Origin: Candidatus Collierbacteria bacterium GW2011_GWA2_42_17
GTDB lineage: Bacteria > Patescibacteriota > Microgenomatia > UBA1400 > MFAQ01
Reading direction: 5' to 3'
Assembly (NCBI GenBank): GCA_000998275.1
Contig: LCDA01000002.1
Location: 46,708 to 110,707, forward strand
Length of the DNA stretch: 64,000 nucleotides
Shown here: one piece after another, positions 1 through 9,931 of the stretch
How the letters are laid out: the number at the start of each line of letters is the position of its first letter
Position numbering within the stretch: the stretch's first letter is position 1
Notes under the pieces: model-generated
Told to the model about the DNA's origin: nothing
The model's input: only the letters and a program-made list of their open reading frames with translations
The model's database searches: none
Made by a program: the position numbers and the translations under genes

Positions 1-191
1 ACAAACGGTCTCAAGCTGTTGGCTCTGGCATGCGCGCCGAAAAGGTCAAAACTTACAACTTTCCCCAGAACCGGCTTACTGACCATCGTCTCGGCAAATC
101 TTGGCACAACCTCAAAGAAATCATGGAGGGTGATCTGGGAAACGTCTTTGAGTTCACCATCGCTGAGTTCGCCACGCTTGAATAATTGCAA
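1..191 (-). CDS. Partial CDS of unknown function. Its start lies near 191 (possible TTG) and it runs off the left edge of the window.
   Basis: A stop-free minus-strand frame runs from about 191 to 1 with protein-like composition (..[56 protein letters not shown]). It lies downstream of ctp on the same strand. No recognisable family. Confidence 0.25.
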   Translation of the reverse strand, partial: MQLFKRGELSDGELKDVSQITLHDFFEVVPRFAETMVSKPVLGKVVSFDLFGAHARANSLRPF

Positions 192-207
192 CGGGACTTG
201 TGACGAT

Positions 208-1419
208 TTACCTCTTGGCAATAATGACACCCTTCAATACCTCCAACGCTTTATCCATCTGGTTATCTGCCGTTGGATTCTTTTCGTCATAAACATACTT
301 AACCACTACATCCGGCTCGAGACCGTCACCATGAATATTCTTTCCCGATGGTAAAAGCCACTCGGCCACGGTTACATGTAAACCAGAACCATCGGGTAGT
401 TCTTGAGCTTCTTGCACCGTTCCTTTACCAAAGCTCTTTTCACCTACCAACTTAACCCCCAGACTTTCTCTGAGAGCCCCGGCCAAAATCTCCGACGCCG
501 ATGCCGATCCTTTATTAATAAGTACCACCAAAGGCATCCCAACCAGTTTTCCGTTACGATTAACACTCATTACTTCCGTTTTTAGTTTGTCTCTTTGCTT
601 CACAATGACACCGCTGGAAATAAACTCACTTCCCAAATCAACAGCTCTTTGTAAATATCCACCCGGGTTATTTCGAAGATCCAAAATCACTCCGGTTGCG
701 TTTTTACTTCTTACCTCTGTCACAATTTTGTTCCATTCCGTTAATGTTTGTTCACCAAATTTACTCACGGTAATTACCGCTACTCTCCCATTATCGATCC
801 AAGTAATCTCGGAAGAAGGAACTTTGATTGTATCGCGTACTAAAATTACTTCTTTAGATGTTTTATCCCCTTCTCTGAATGTGGTCAAAATTACCTCGGT
901 TCCCTTTTCTCCTCTAATTAGATTTACGGCATCCGTTACTGTAATGCCGGAAGTATCCTTATCAACATTATTTTTTTTGTCGGTAATATTCAAAATCAAA
1001 TCCCCCGCTCTGACCCCCGCCTTCATCGCCGGGCTATCTTTTAACGGAGCAATCACTGCCAAAGTTTTGTCAACGAATCCCAGTTCAATTCCCACTCCTC
1101 CAAACTCTCCTGAAAGATCTTCTTTGGATCTACTGTTGTCTATCGGTGGAAAAAAGTTTGTATAGGGGTCACCCAAAGATCTCGTCATTCCCTCGGTAGC
1201 TCCATACATTAGTTTTGTCGCATCAATATCCTCGGTTTTAAGATAACTTTCTTTCAATCTTCCTAAAACATCATTCATCGATGTCGTATCAATCGCCGTC
1301 AAAGACCTAATCTTTTGTCCCGCCTTCCACTCGCCCAGCCTAAACCCTCCATACACTAAACCCCCGGAAATAATGATAACCAGAAGCAACTGCCTAATTT
1401 TTTTTAGGTTCATGGACAA
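208..1419 (-). CDS. ctp: Carboxyl-terminal processing protease (S41 family, PDZ domain)
   Basis: N-terminal TM anchor, a PDZ-like segment, and S41 motifs (GYLQ, SASASE, K in EKSFGKGTVQ). 403 aa, typical for CtpA/Prc-like proteases. Confidence 0.85.
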   Translation of the reverse strand: MSMNLKKIRQLLLVIIISGGLVYGGFRLGEWKAGQKIRSLTAIDTTSMNDVLGRLKESYLKTEDIDATKLMYGATEGMTRSLGDPYTNFFPPIDNSRSKEDLSGEFGGVGIELGFVDKTLAVIAPLKDSPAMKAGVRAGDLILNITDKKNNVDKDTSGITVTDAVNLIRGEKGTEVILTTFREGDKTSKEVILVRDTIKVPSSEITWIDNGRVAVITVSKFGEQTLTEWNKIVTEVRSKNATGVILDLRNNPGGYLQRAVDLGSEFISSGVIVKQRDKLKTEVMSVNRNGKLVGMPLVVLINKGSASASEILAGALRESLGVKLVGEKSFGKGTVQEAQELPDGSGLHVTVAEWLLPSGKNIHGDGLEPDVVVKYVYDEKNPTADNQMDKALEVLKGVIIAKR

Positions 1420-1441
1420 AAACAGGTATTAAATTTGCTAA

Positions 1442-1672
1442 TTAAACTTTATCTGTCACTGGAAGAAGAGCCAAATGTCTGGCACGTTTGATGGAACGAG
1501 CTAGTCGGAGCTGATGTTTTTCACAAACACCAGTGGTCCAACGAGACACAATTCTCTTCTTAGGCGACACACCAATTGCTAGAGACTCGAGATCGGAATA
1601 CACCGGCTCGGTTTTCTTTACGCAAAATGGACATGGTTTACTTGACTTTCTGATTTTCTTTTTGATGATCAT
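1442..1672 (-). CDS. rpsR: 30S ribosomal protein S18
   Basis: 76 aa with the CPFC motif and the KRARHLALLP S18 signature. Last gene of the rpsF-ssb-rpsR arrangement. Confidence 0.9.
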   Translation of the reverse strand: MIIKKKIRKSSKPCPFCVKKTEPVYSDLESLAIGVSPKKRIVSRWTTGVCEKHQLRLARSIKRARHLALLPVTDKV

Positions 1673-1694
1673 TTTATTTTTATATATCTAATAT

Positions 1695-2210
1695 TTAGAA
1701 AGGAATCTCATCAGACTCCTCAACTACTTCTTCTTTCTTCGACTTTTTTTCAGTTTTGTCTTCTTCCTTCTCGGGATTAAACACTTCCTCTGCAGCAGTC
1801 ACATCAGCTATCGGAGAAACTGCTTCATCGGAACTATAATGTGTTTCATAGCCACCCTCAGGACGATCGCCCTTAGGAGAGTCTAAAAGAATCATTTCGT
1901 CGATTACCACTTCGGTTACTTGCCTGTCGGCACCATCTTGGCTTTTCCAAGCTCTGGTTTGTAAACGACCTTCCACATAAACCTTGCGGCCTTTGGACAT
2001 TAATTGGGAACAAATCTCACCTAACTTTCCCCAAGCAACAATGCGGTGAAACTCTGCCCCTTCTTGTTTCTGGCCACTTGAGTCGGTCCACTCACGATTT
2101 GTTGCCAAACCAAAAGTACAGACTCCGGTTCCCGAAGGAGTGTATTTCAACTCAGGGTCGCGGGTCAGGTTACCAATTAACTGAACTTTATTTAAACTTC
2201 TTGTACTCAT
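1695..2210 (-). CDS. ssb: Single-stranded DNA-binding protein
   Basis: OB-fold N-terminus (KVQLIGNLTRDPELKYT), an acidic C-terminal tail ending DEIPF, and a position between rpsF and rpsR. Confidence 0.9.
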   Translation of the reverse strand: MSTRSLNKVQLIGNLTRDPELKYTPSGTGVCTFGLATNREWTDSSGQKQEGAEFHRIVAWGKLGEICSQLMSKGRKVYVEGRLQTRAWKSQDGADRQVTEVVIDEMILLDSPKGDRPEGGYETHYSSDEAVSPIADVTAAEEVFNPEKEEDKTEKKSKKEEVVEESDEIPF

Positions 2211-2225
2211 TTTTCCTCCTCTTTT

Positions 2226-2567
2226 TTAAATCCTAATCAATAAATATCTTAACAGTTTGTCATCCATCTGCAAATCTCTCTCGAGTTCCTTAGCTGCGCT
2301 AGGAGCACCTTCGATGGTTAGTTTGAGGTAATATCCTCTGCTCTGTTTTTTAATCTCGTAAGCCATGGTTTTCGTTCCCCACTTATCAACTTCCGCTACT
2401 TTCAGAGCGCGTTTCTTGCACTTCTCGGTAATGGCTTTTTCTGCGCCGATTTCATTCTCGGAAACAGGATAAATGACAACGAGCTCGTACTTGTTTAGAG
2501 TCGAACCCATGGACGGTTTGGTTTCGGTTGTCTTTGTTTTTTTCACCTTTTTTGTTTTTAATAACAA
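2226..2567 (-). CDS. rpsF: 30S ribosomal protein S6; the true start is probably the internal Met at 2510.
   Basis: S6-like sequence (YELVVIYPVSENE...TKTMAYEIKK..GYY) and an rpsF-ssb-rpsR context. The first 19 codons of the ORF are a Lys-rich stretch and are likely not translated. Confidence 0.8.
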   Translation of the reverse strand: MLLKTKKVKKTKTTETKPSMGSTLNKYELVVIYPVSENEIGAEKAITEKCKKRALKVAEVDKWGTKTMAYEIKKQSRGYYLKLTIEGAPSAAKELERDLQMDDKLLRYLLIRI

Positions 2568-2635
2568 GATATTCTACCATAGATAGCCACAAAAAACCCT
2601 CTAAGAATTATTTCTTAGAGGGAATAACTTTCCTG

Positions 2636-2863
2636 TCATCCATTAAGAAGTGACAGGATAAATATAATAAACATCGCTCCGGCCAACACGACAAAGGCCA
2701 AAAACAATATCTTTGCCGCTTTTGGGCTAACTGGTAGCCCATTGTCAAAGCCCTGAATTCTCAGGACACAAGCCGCGGCCAAAACGAAAAAAACCAACGA
2801 GGAACCACAAAACAAAGTTGGCATCTCTACCTCCATGTCAATGTATAGCCTGTAATATAACAC
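2636..2863 (-). CDS. Small hypothetical membrane protein (75 aa, 2 predicted TM helices)
   Basis: Hydrophobic ORF in an intergenic slot between rpsF and ychF. No known family. Confidence 0.35.
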   Translation of the reverse strand: MLYYRLYIDMEVEMPTLFCGSSLVFFVLAAACVLRIQGFDNGLPVSPKAAKILFLAFVVLAGAMFIIFILSLLNG

Positions 2864-2885
2864 AGTTGTGCCTAAAAGTCAAATC

Positions 2886-3932
2886 TCACCCTCCAATCAT
2901 AAACTCCACCACATCCCCATCCTTCATCTCATACTCCTTTCCCTCAAACCTCACCCTACCTTTGTCTGCTGCCTCTTTCCAGCCGCCCGCCTCCACGAAC
3001 TTGTCATAATCGCACACCTTAGCTTTGATAAACTTCTTTTCAAAGTCGGTGTGAATTACGCCTGCCGCCTGAGGAGCTTTCGTCCCTCTGGCAATAGTCC
3101 AGGCTCTACTCTCCATCTCTCCGGTCGTCAAAAAGGAAATCAGTCCCAAACTGCTGTAGGCCTTTTTAATTAAAAGGTCCAAGCCACTCTCTTTGATCCC
3201 CAACTCGGCCATATACGCCTTGGCATCTGCCTCGTCCAAACTCGACAGTTCCGACTCTACTTTGGCGCTTATATACAGTGCATCCCCCATTGGCCCACGC
3301 AAACGAGGATCAGTCTCCGCCACGTTATAAACTCGAATTTCCTTCTTGGCCGTCAGTAAAAATAGGTCACGTGCCAACTCAAGGTCAACCTCATCTTTCA
3401 GAATTTCTCGAGCCGGCTTACCTTCATTTAGTCCGGCAAAAAGCTTATCCACTACTGCCTTCTTTTTTTCCGAACCCTTGGCTTTGATATCTTTACTGTC
3501 AATTGCCTTATTTACCGTCTCCAAATCCTTCAAAATTAGTTCCGTCTCCACGACACCATAATCAGTTTCCGGGTCAACCGAACCCTCCTTTACAATTTCC
3601 GAGTCCTCAAAATCCCTCATTACCTGCAAAATCACGTCTACTTCTCGAATATGAGTCAAAAACTTGTTGCCTAAACCTGCTCCAGTAGCCGCTCCGGCCA
3701 CCAAACCAGCAATATCTACAAACTCCACCGTGGCTGGGACAATCCTGCCCGAGTGAGAGATATCCGAAAGCACTTTAAGACGCTCATCGGGCACTTCTAC
3801 CACTCCTACGTTGGGTTCTATCGTTGCGAACGGGTAATTTGCCACCAAAGCTTGCTGACGCTTCAAAAGCGCGTTAAAAAGCGTGGATTTCCCCACGTTT
3901 GGTAAACCAACTATTCCTACTCTAAGTGACAT
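2886..3932 (-). CDS. ychF: Ribosome-binding ATPase YchF (Obg-family GTPase)
   Basis: G1 motif GIVGLPNVGKST, a TGS-like C-terminus (VIHTDFEKKFIKAKV), and 348 aa. Confidence 0.9.
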   Translation of the reverse strand: MSLRVGIVGLPNVGKSTLFNALLKRQQALVANYPFATIEPNVGVVEVPDERLKVLSDISHSGRIVPATVEFVDIAGLVAGAATGAGLGNKFLTHIREVDVILQVMRDFEDSEIVKEGSVDPETDYGVVETELILKDLETVNKAIDSKDIKAKGSEKKKAVVDKLFAGLNEGKPAREILKDEVDLELARDLFLLTAKKEIRVYNVAETDPRLRGPMGDALYISAKVESELSSLDEADAKAYMAELGIKESGLDLLIKKAYSSLGLISFLTTGEMESRAWTIARGTKAPQAAGVIHTDFEKKFIKAKVCDYDKFVEAGGWKEAADKGRVRFEGKEYEMKDGDVVEFMIGG

Positions 3933-3944
3933 CGCCTAATTTTA

Positions 3945-5069
3945 TCATCTGAGCTGCTCGAGATGCTTCAGAAAACTTGCTGTGACCAAATCACCGTTAT
4001 GCCTATACTTTCTCAACCAGCTATAGGTATCCTTTACAAAATACTCTATTTCTTCTTTAGGTACCGACCTAAATCTTGGATCGTGATAAAAAAGCCTTCC
4101 CATGGTCATTCTCCGACACTTAAGACAACTTCCACACCAGTGTCCAGAGCTGTTTTTGGCAATTTCAGGAGTTTCCCGTACCCATTTCTGTCTGGAATTA
4201 GGTAGTTGGTAAGTAGCACTAAAACAGTTCTGTACCAAAGGAATAATATCTATTCCCAAACTCTTTTCCAATCTAATTACTTCACCTACCGTCTCAATAT
4301 CACCCACATCTATTCCTTCAACCTCCATTTTCAAATTAGCCTCGGCTATAAGATTGTTAAACATTTTCCAAGCCCCTGCATTCTCACTAAAATGGCTTTT
4401 GGCTGGATCTTCAACCATGTCCCCTTCTACAAACATTTTGTTTACTCCATAAGGATAGGCTGTAACGGCCGAAACAACCGCCAGTAAAAAGTCGCGCGTT
4501 CTCATAGTATCAAAGCCATCATTTTTTGAATTATTTCTTAAACGCACTAGCTCATATGGTATTTTCCACTCATCACACTGTTTTTTGCTCGCCACAAACT
4601 CCTCATGATTCCCTTTTCTGTTCAAATTCCTCAAGTGAACCGCCACCACTGGCTTCTTTTTTTCCTGCATTAGCGCCAGTCGATAAGCCGAGTCCAGACC
4701 ACCAGAGTGCGCGCTGGCATACTCAATTTTTTGGAGCACCTCTTCTCCCTTATTCTGCTTTTCAAATTTAATCTCATCGGACATTTTAAAAATAGGTGGT
4801 CGATATCCGTAGTATTTATATAGCTCATCGATAAACACCTTCTCGGTAACCCCAAAATTTGTCTCCACTATTTTTGGAAAAAATGGTGCGATAAGATGTG
4901 CCACCATCACGGTTCTCATCAATCCCATTCCCTCTTCCGGTACCCCACCATAATCTCTGTGTTCCACCAAACCCAATCCTCTTTTTTCTCCGGTCAATAC
5001 ATTCATATCCAGAAAATCTTTTCCGGACACATTTATATGGATTCGCTCGCACTGTTCAATACCTGACAT
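3945..5069 (-). CDS. PP-loop superfamily ATP pyrophosphatase of unknown specificity (QueC-like core with an N-terminal extension)
   Basis: SGGLDS PP-loop at about residue 120 and a C-terminal Cys cluster (HWCGSCLKC) like the QueC zinc site. An extra N-terminal domain of about 110 aa has no family assignment. Confidence 0.5.
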   Translation of the reverse strand: MSGIEQCERIHINVSGKDFLDMNVLTGEKRGLGLVEHRDYGGVPEEGMGLMRTVMVAHLIAPFFPKIVETNFGVTEKVFIDELYKYYGYRPPIFKMSDEIKFEKQNKGEEVLQKIEYASAHSGGLDSAYRLALMQEKKKPVVAVHLRNLNRKGNHEEFVASKKQCDEWKIPYELVRLRNNSKNDGFDTMRTRDFLLAVVSAVTAYPYGVNKMFVEGDMVEDPAKSHFSENAGAWKMFNNLIAEANLKMEVEGIDVGDIETVGEVIRLEKSLGIDIIPLVQNCFSATYQLPNSRQKWVRETPEIAKNSSGHWCGSCLKCRRMTMGRLFYHDPRFRSVPKEEIEYFVKDTYSWLRKYRHNGDLVTASFLKHLEQLR

Positions 5070-5180
5070 GGGGATAATATATCACGAGTGCGTAAATCGA
5101 GAAAATGGCCCAACGACCTCCTCCCATTGTCGTCTGGAAAGAAACCCAATTCTCCAAAAGTTAGGTGCTAAAATATCACA

Positions 5181-5567
5181 ATGAGATTAACTCAATCTGA
5201 AAGGAAAGCTATTTTTGATCAAGCTCTCGGCGCCAACAAATCTTTTGGGGTTGACTGGAACTTCGACGCTGAAGATGTCGCCTTCAATATCAAACAGGTT
5301 GTTCCCCATCTCGATATAAATGGCGTCAGACCAAAACAAATAAACGGGGACTGGATTGAAATTGTAACGATTGAAGGAAAAGACTATCAATTTAATCTGG
5401 ACTCGGAAATCAAACCTTTGGAAATTGTCGGTAAGGCCAACTTACATCTCAAGTCAACCGGACAAACATTCGTTCTTTTTGACTCCAAAGATGACGAATA
5501 CTGCTTTATCCTCATTAGTCTCTCCGAACTTCCCGAATACCTTGAGAAAGGCTTTATTGAGATTTAA
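5181..5567 (+). CDS. Hypothetical protein (128 aa)
   Basis: Intergenic ORF with protein-like composition and no family match. Confidence 0.4.
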   Translation: MRLTQSERKAIFDQALGANKSFGVDWNFDAEDVAFNIKQVVPHLDINGVRPKQINGDWIEIVTIEGKDYQFNLDSEIKPLEIVGKANLHLKSTGQTFVLFDSKDDEYCFILISLSELPEYLEKGFIEI

Positions 5568-5605
5568 CCAATAAAAACCCCACCTAAAAGATGGGGTTAA
5601 CCTAC

Positions 5606-5920
5606 TCAGACAAAACATTCCACCAGCTTCAATGCTTTGATTAAATCACACCGGAAAACGGTGGCTTTGTCATCATCTTGCTCGGAGAACTTAACCGTAA
5701 TAATTACCATTAGCGCTCCGTTGGTGTCCCGATACATAGGTTCAATCAAAAACTTCCCTGTTTCCCATTCATCCTTCGACCGAGATTCCAAAACCTCCAA
5801 TAACTTATTTGTGTCAATCCGAAAGGTATGCTCAACACCCACGGAAAATCGAACACATAACTCGTTCTTGCCGACATAAACAACCCCACCCAAGTCATTA
5901 TTCATAAACACTGGTAGCAT
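5606..5920 (-). CDS. Hypothetical protein (104 aa)
   Basis: ORF convergent with 5181..5567. No family match. Confidence 0.35.
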   Translation of the reverse strand: MLPVFMNNDLGGVVYVGKNELCVRFSVGVEHTFRIDTNKLLEVLESRSKDEWETGKFLIEPMYRDTNGALMVIITVKFSEQDDDKATVFRCDLIKALKLVECFV

Positions 5921-5971
5921 TTTCCACCTCCCAATTTCAATGTGATTTTATACCCAGAATTCTACCACTTT

Positions 5972-6223
5972 TTATCTTAAAATCCCCATCAACCTCATTT
6001 TTTTACCCCTGCTCATCTTTTTAATCTCCACTTCTCTCCTTGTAGCCTCACCTCTTCCCTGCACTTTTTCGCTGTAACGCAACAAAACAGGACCTCTCCC
6101 TTTGGTATACCTTGCCCCCTTACCCTCATTGTGCACCACCAAACGGCTTTGAATATCATCGGTTATCCCTGTATAAAATGTTCCGTCACGACACTCCAGA
6201 ATGTACACCAACCAGTCTTTCAT
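5972..6223 (-). CDS. GIY-YIG nuclease-domain protein (UPF0213/YhbQ-like)
   Basis: The sequence WLVYILECRDGTFYTGITDDIQSRLVVHNEGKGARYTKGRGPV is a GIY-YIG core (YIL...YTG). 83 aa. Confidence 0.6.
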   Translation of the reverse strand: MKDWLVYILECRDGTFYTGITDDIQSRLVVHNEGKGARYTKGRGPVLLRYSEKVQGRGEATRREVEIKKMSRGKKMRLMGILR

Positions 6224-6774
6224 CTTGTCACAATCTTCAACCTGGGTGCTGACAAGGTTATTACTCCATTGGTTGTTTTCCCTTCAATATAATACTGATT
6301 CTGCCCTCTCCAAATAGACATCGCTTTGGAATAAAAACTCTTTTTCCCGTCACTACTCGAAACATACTCGCTAAAGTCTACCGCTCGGTGATTGGTCGAG
6401 TCATAAAGCCGAACTGCTCCTGTTCCCTGTAACCACCCTTGCCAGGAAACCTCTACCGTCTTCCCGTACAAAGAAATGTCCAGAGTAAAGTCTGTCCCGG
6501 AAATTTTCGCCCAATCAAAGCTGTTTGTGTCTCCGCCCAACAAGGAGACAAAAGACTCTTTTGCTTTACTAGTACTCTTAGAAGAAATCAAACCAGCATT
6601 TTTTTCCAGATAATAAACCCTGTTTTCTAAAGAAGTTACTCTTTCTTCCATTGTCCTTGTGGTTGTCAAGGCCAAAACATTTTCGTTCCCCCTTGTTACT
6701 ACATCCCAAACCTTCCATCCGGCCAAACCGAACACCACCAACAATATCACTGCATAGGGTCTTTTTAGAGCCAT
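6220..6774 (-). CDS. Hypothetical membrane-anchored protein (184 aa, N-terminal TM)
   Basis: N-terminal hydrophobic helix. Overlaps the downstream GIY-YIG gene by 4 nt, so the two are probably co-transcribed. Confidence 0.45.
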   Translation of the reverse strand: MALKRPYAVILLVVFGLAGWKVWDVVTRGNENVLALTTTRTMEERVTSLENRVYYLEKNAGLISSKSTSKAKESFVSLLGGDTNSFDWAKISGTDFTLDISLYGKTVEVSWQGWLQGTGAVRLYDSTNHRAVDFSEYVSSSDGKKSFYSKAMSIWRGQNQYYIEGKTTNGVITLSAPRLKIVTR

Positions 6775-6791
6775 AAATCAGTCTAACACAA

Positions 6792-8207
6792 TCAAATCTT
6801 CTCCACTTTGGCACCCTCCGCGTAGTCTTCGACTCTGTATCCCCTGTCCTCAATTTCTTTACGCAAAGCATCAGACTGTTCCCAGTTTTTTGCTTTTCGA
6901 AACTCTTCTCTCCTGGTCAAAATTTCTTTTATATCCTCAGGAACTCCCATATTTTTTTCTTCTTCGGTTCCCAGGTTTAAACCCAAAACAGAGTCCATAA
7001 CGACGATTAGATTTTTCTTTGCTTCGTCTGATATCTCACTCTTCATCATTTCCCAAACAATGGAGAGCGCCGATGATGTATTCAAATCATCCTCCATCGC
7101 TTCCACAAACTTTTTATAATACTCGCCCCCCTCCGCAGACCATCCGTCGGCGGTTACCGGAATATCGGTCAAATCGACCACCATTTTATTTAATTTTGTC
7201 AAAGCTGTTTTTGCCCCGTTTAAACCTTCCCAGGTAAAGTTCATTTGTTTGCGATAGTGTGTCGTCAAAAAATAGTAACGCAGCGCCAATGGTGAAAAAC
7301 CCTTTTCCGCCAAGTCCGTCAATTTATACAAATTTCCCAAACTCTTGCTCATCTTTTTGCCATCAACCATCAAAAAAGCAGTGTGCATCCAGTACTTTAC
7401 AAATGGTTTTTTACCCGTTGCTGCCTCACTTTGGGCAATCTCATTTGGATGATGAATTGAAAGATGATCTTCCCCGCCGGTATGAATATCAAACTGCTCT
7501 CCCAAATACTTCATACTCATCGCCGAACACTCGATATGCCACCCTGGAAACCCATCTCCCCAAGGACTCTCCCAATGCATCACATGATTGGCAAATCTTC
7601 CCACTCTTTTAAACCATAATACAAAGTCCGCCGGATGTTTCTTGTGCTCCCCTGTCTCTACCTCTTCTCGAGCACCTACGGTTCTCTCATCAAAAGACTG
7701 ATTAAACATTTTGCCGTAATCAGCAAACTTTGTTACATCAAAATAAACCGCCTCGGGTGTGTCATATCCATACCCATTTGCCAAGATTCTCTCGATCAAG
7801 GCAATCTGTTCCGGTATATGTTCCGTCGCCTTACACACCACTGTCGGTGGCAACACATTCAACTGTTCCATCACTTTATTGAAATACTCGGTAAACTCCT
7901 CTGCCACTTCCCAAACGGTCTTGCCCATCTTTGCCGCCCCCTTCTCCATCTTGTCTTCACCACTGTCGGCGTCGGATGTTAAGTGTCCCACATCCGTCAC
8001 ATTCTGTACATGAGTTACTTTCAACTCCTCCAGAACCTCCAACACTCGTCGTAAGACATCATCATGAACGTACTTAATACCATGTCCAATATGAGTAAAG
8101 CCATACACCGTCGGGCCACACGCATACATCCCCACCTCTCCTTTATGGATTGGTTCAAAATCCTCCACCTTTTTTGTCAGACTATTATAGAGATGCAACA
8201 TATCCAA
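6792..8207 (-). CDS. cysS: Cysteinyl-tRNA synthetase
   Basis: Class I motifs HIGH (THIGHG) and KMSKS (KMSKSLGN), CysRS-specific residues (CGPTVYG, WHIECS), and 471 aa. Confidence 0.92.
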   Translation of the reverse strand: MDMLHLYNSLTKKVEDFEPIHKGEVGMYACGPTVYGFTHIGHGIKYVHDDVLRRVLEVLEELKVTHVQNVTDVGHLTSDADSGEDKMEKGAAKMGKTVWEVAEEFTEYFNKVMEQLNVLPPTVVCKATEHIPEQIALIERILANGYGYDTPEAVYFDVTKFADYGKMFNQSFDERTVGAREEVETGEHKKHPADFVLWFKRVGRFANHVMHWESPWGDGFPGWHIECSAMSMKYLGEQFDIHTGGEDHLSIHHPNEIAQSEAATGKKPFVKYWMHTAFLMVDGKKMSKSLGNLYKLTDLAEKGFSPLALRYYFLTTHYRKQMNFTWEGLNGAKTALTKLNKMVVDLTDIPVTADGWSAEGGEYYKKFVEAMEDDLNTSSALSIVWEMMKSEISDEAKKNLIVVMDSVLGLNLGTEEEKNMGVPEDIKEILTRREEFRKAKNWEQSDALRKEIEDRGYRVEDYAEGAKVEKI

Positions 8208-8234
8208 ATTGTACCGTAATAAGGCTTCAAATGC

Positions 8235-8678
8235 CTACTCCGCTATTCTTCCTTTTTCGGTTGTGGTCTGTGATCTATTTATTATTCTTTTTATCCAGGA
8301 CTCTTGCTCCATTTTTTTTCGATCGCTCTTTTCGATCTCCTGTCGTTTCTCCATCATTTTTTCTTCCGCAATCTTTTGATCCAGTACCCGTTTCCTTTGA
8401 ATATACCTAGACAGCTCATCTTTTACCTGTTCAAATCGTCTCTTTTCCGTCTCCTTCATTTCTCCACCAACCCTATTTCTTTCAGCTCCTTTATTTTGTT
8501 CCTTGTCTTCTGTTGCCTGCACCGCTTGACCACGAGACGATGAAATCTGCTCTATCGACTCGTGAGCTATATCTGCCACCGCCCCTGCCGTTCCTTTTAC
8601 GGCACTCTGACCAATCTCGAATAAATTGTCGGCCACGTTTTGACCAACTTGACCTAATACACCGGGCATTACCTTCAT
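8235..8678 (-). CDS. Hypothetical charged/coiled-coil protein (147 aa)
   Basis: ORF rich in K, E and R with heptad-like stretches. No family match. Confidence 0.4.
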   Translation of the reverse strand: MKVMPGVLGQVGQNVADNLFEIGQSAVKGTAGAVADIAHESIEQISSSRGQAVQATEDKEQNKGAERNRVGGEMKETEKRRFEQVKDELSRYIQRKRVLDQKIAEEKMMEKRQEIEKSDRKKMEQESWIKRIINRSQTTTEKGRIAE

Positions 8679-8721
8679 TTAATCACAAAAAGCCCCCTCT
8701 TCGGGGGCAATATCCAGTCTC

Positions 8722-8940
8722 TCAGTCTGCTTCTAGATAAAACGCAGGTCCCATACCGTCCTGAAGACCCTTGAAATATCCCTGCAAGTAATCAAAATTC
8801 ATGTCCGGTGTTACCTCAAACAACTTTTCACCGACAAAACAGGTAATCGTCACTCTTTCTCGAGAAACTTTTTCAAAAACCCTTTTACAGTAGGCTTCAA
8901 CTCGCTCACCATCAATCCTCTGTACTACAACCATTCCCAT
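8722..8940 (-). CDS. Small hypothetical protein (72 aa), in the slot just downstream of recR
   Basis: A short ORF directly after recR, in the position where Firmicutes carry yaaL. No motif confirmed. Confidence 0.35.
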   Translation of the reverse strand: MGMVVVQRIDGERVEAYCKRVFEKVSRERVTITCFVGEKLFEVTPDMNFDYLQGYFKGLQDGMGPAFYLEAD

Positions 8941-8977
8941 TTTTCCTCCTTCAAGGTGCTGTTATTGCCGTATTTTA

Positions 8978-9586
8978 CTACATCTCACTTCTACCCTCCA
9001 AAGCTCTCAGAAGTGTCTGTCCATCAGCGTACTCTACATCTGCCCCCGTCGGCAAACCTCTTCCGATTCTCGTAATCTTCATCCCCTTCCCAAGCTCCAT
9101 ATCCTTTATTTTGGACGTGATATACATCGCTGTTGCTTCTCCCTCCATATTTGGATTAGTGGCAATTACCATTTCCTTTATCTCTCCCGTCTTCACTCTG
9201 GCCAGTAGCTGTGGAATCCGCAAATCGTTTGGTCCGATGTTTGCCAAAGGATTAATTACTCCTCCCAGTACGTGGTATACCCCTTTATAACCATCCGCTC
9301 TTTCAAAAGCCAAAAGATCAAGGGCATTTTCCACTACACACACCTGGGATCTATCTCTATTCTCGTCCTGGCATACCGGACAAAACTCCTCTTCACCTAC
9401 GTTAAAACACAAGGCACAAAGCTTGGTGTTCTTTTTAAGATTTTCCAAAGCTTCACTAAACTTTGTTAGTTTTTCTTGTGGCACATTTAAAAGATAGTAA
9501 GCTAACCTCGCCGCCGACTTCGGCCCCACCCCAGGTAAAGACTCAAACGCATCAATCACTTTCTGAACCGGACGGATACTTCTCAT
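8978..9586 (-). CDS. recR: Recombination protein RecR
   Basis: HhH (LPGVGPKSAARLAYYLL), a C4 zinc finger (CALCFNV...CPVC), a Toprim-like domain, and a dnaX-ybaB-recR context. Confidence 0.92.
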   Translation of the reverse strand: MRSIRPVQKVIDAFESLPGVGPKSAARLAYYLLNVPQEKLTKFSEALENLKKNTKLCALCFNVGEEEFCPVCQDENRDRSQVCVVENALDLLAFERADGYKGVYHVLGGVINPLANIGPNDLRIPQLLARVKTGEIKEMVIATNPNMEGEATAMYITSKIKDMELGKGMKITRIGRGLPTGADVEYADGQTLLRALEGRSEM

Positions 9587-9593
9587 ATATCGA

Positions 9594-9887
9594 TTACATT
9601 CCCTTCGGCATATTAGCGAGTACTTTGGAAAGATCTCCCATCGAGTCTTTCATTTCTTCAGCTGAGTACTTCTGAGCCTTGGTAATGGCCTCATTAATCA
9701 CCTTGACCGCCTTATTCATATTCTCATCATCAATGAATAATTCTTTCAACTTTCCGTCACCCGTAACTATCGCTTTCACACCATCTTCCTCCACCTCGGT
9801 TTTGTGAGACTGAATCTTCTTTTGTAGTATTGCCAATTTTGCAATGGCGGCACCTTGTGAACCAAACTGTTTTATTCCGTTGAACAT
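9594..9887 (-). CDS. ybaB: Nucleoid-associated protein YbaB/EbfC
   Basis: 97 aa with YbaB-like sequence (TGDGKLKELFIDDE... core), located between dnaX and recR. Confidence 0.8.
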   Translation of the reverse strand: MFNGIKQFGSQGAAIAKLAILQKKIQSHKTEVEEDGVKAIVTGDGKLKELFIDDENMNKAVKVINEAITKAQKYSAEEMKDSMGDLSKVLANMPKGM

Positions 9888-9931
9888 TTTTGAAAAATAT
9901 ATTAATAACTTTTCTCAAAACCTATTGTATA

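Noticed and set aside
19-354. Plus-strand ORFs 19..354 and 587..1165 antisense to ctp
   Set aside because: They lie entirely inside, and antisense to, a well-supported S41 protease gene. They are low-complexity S/L/P-rich translations and are probably spurious.
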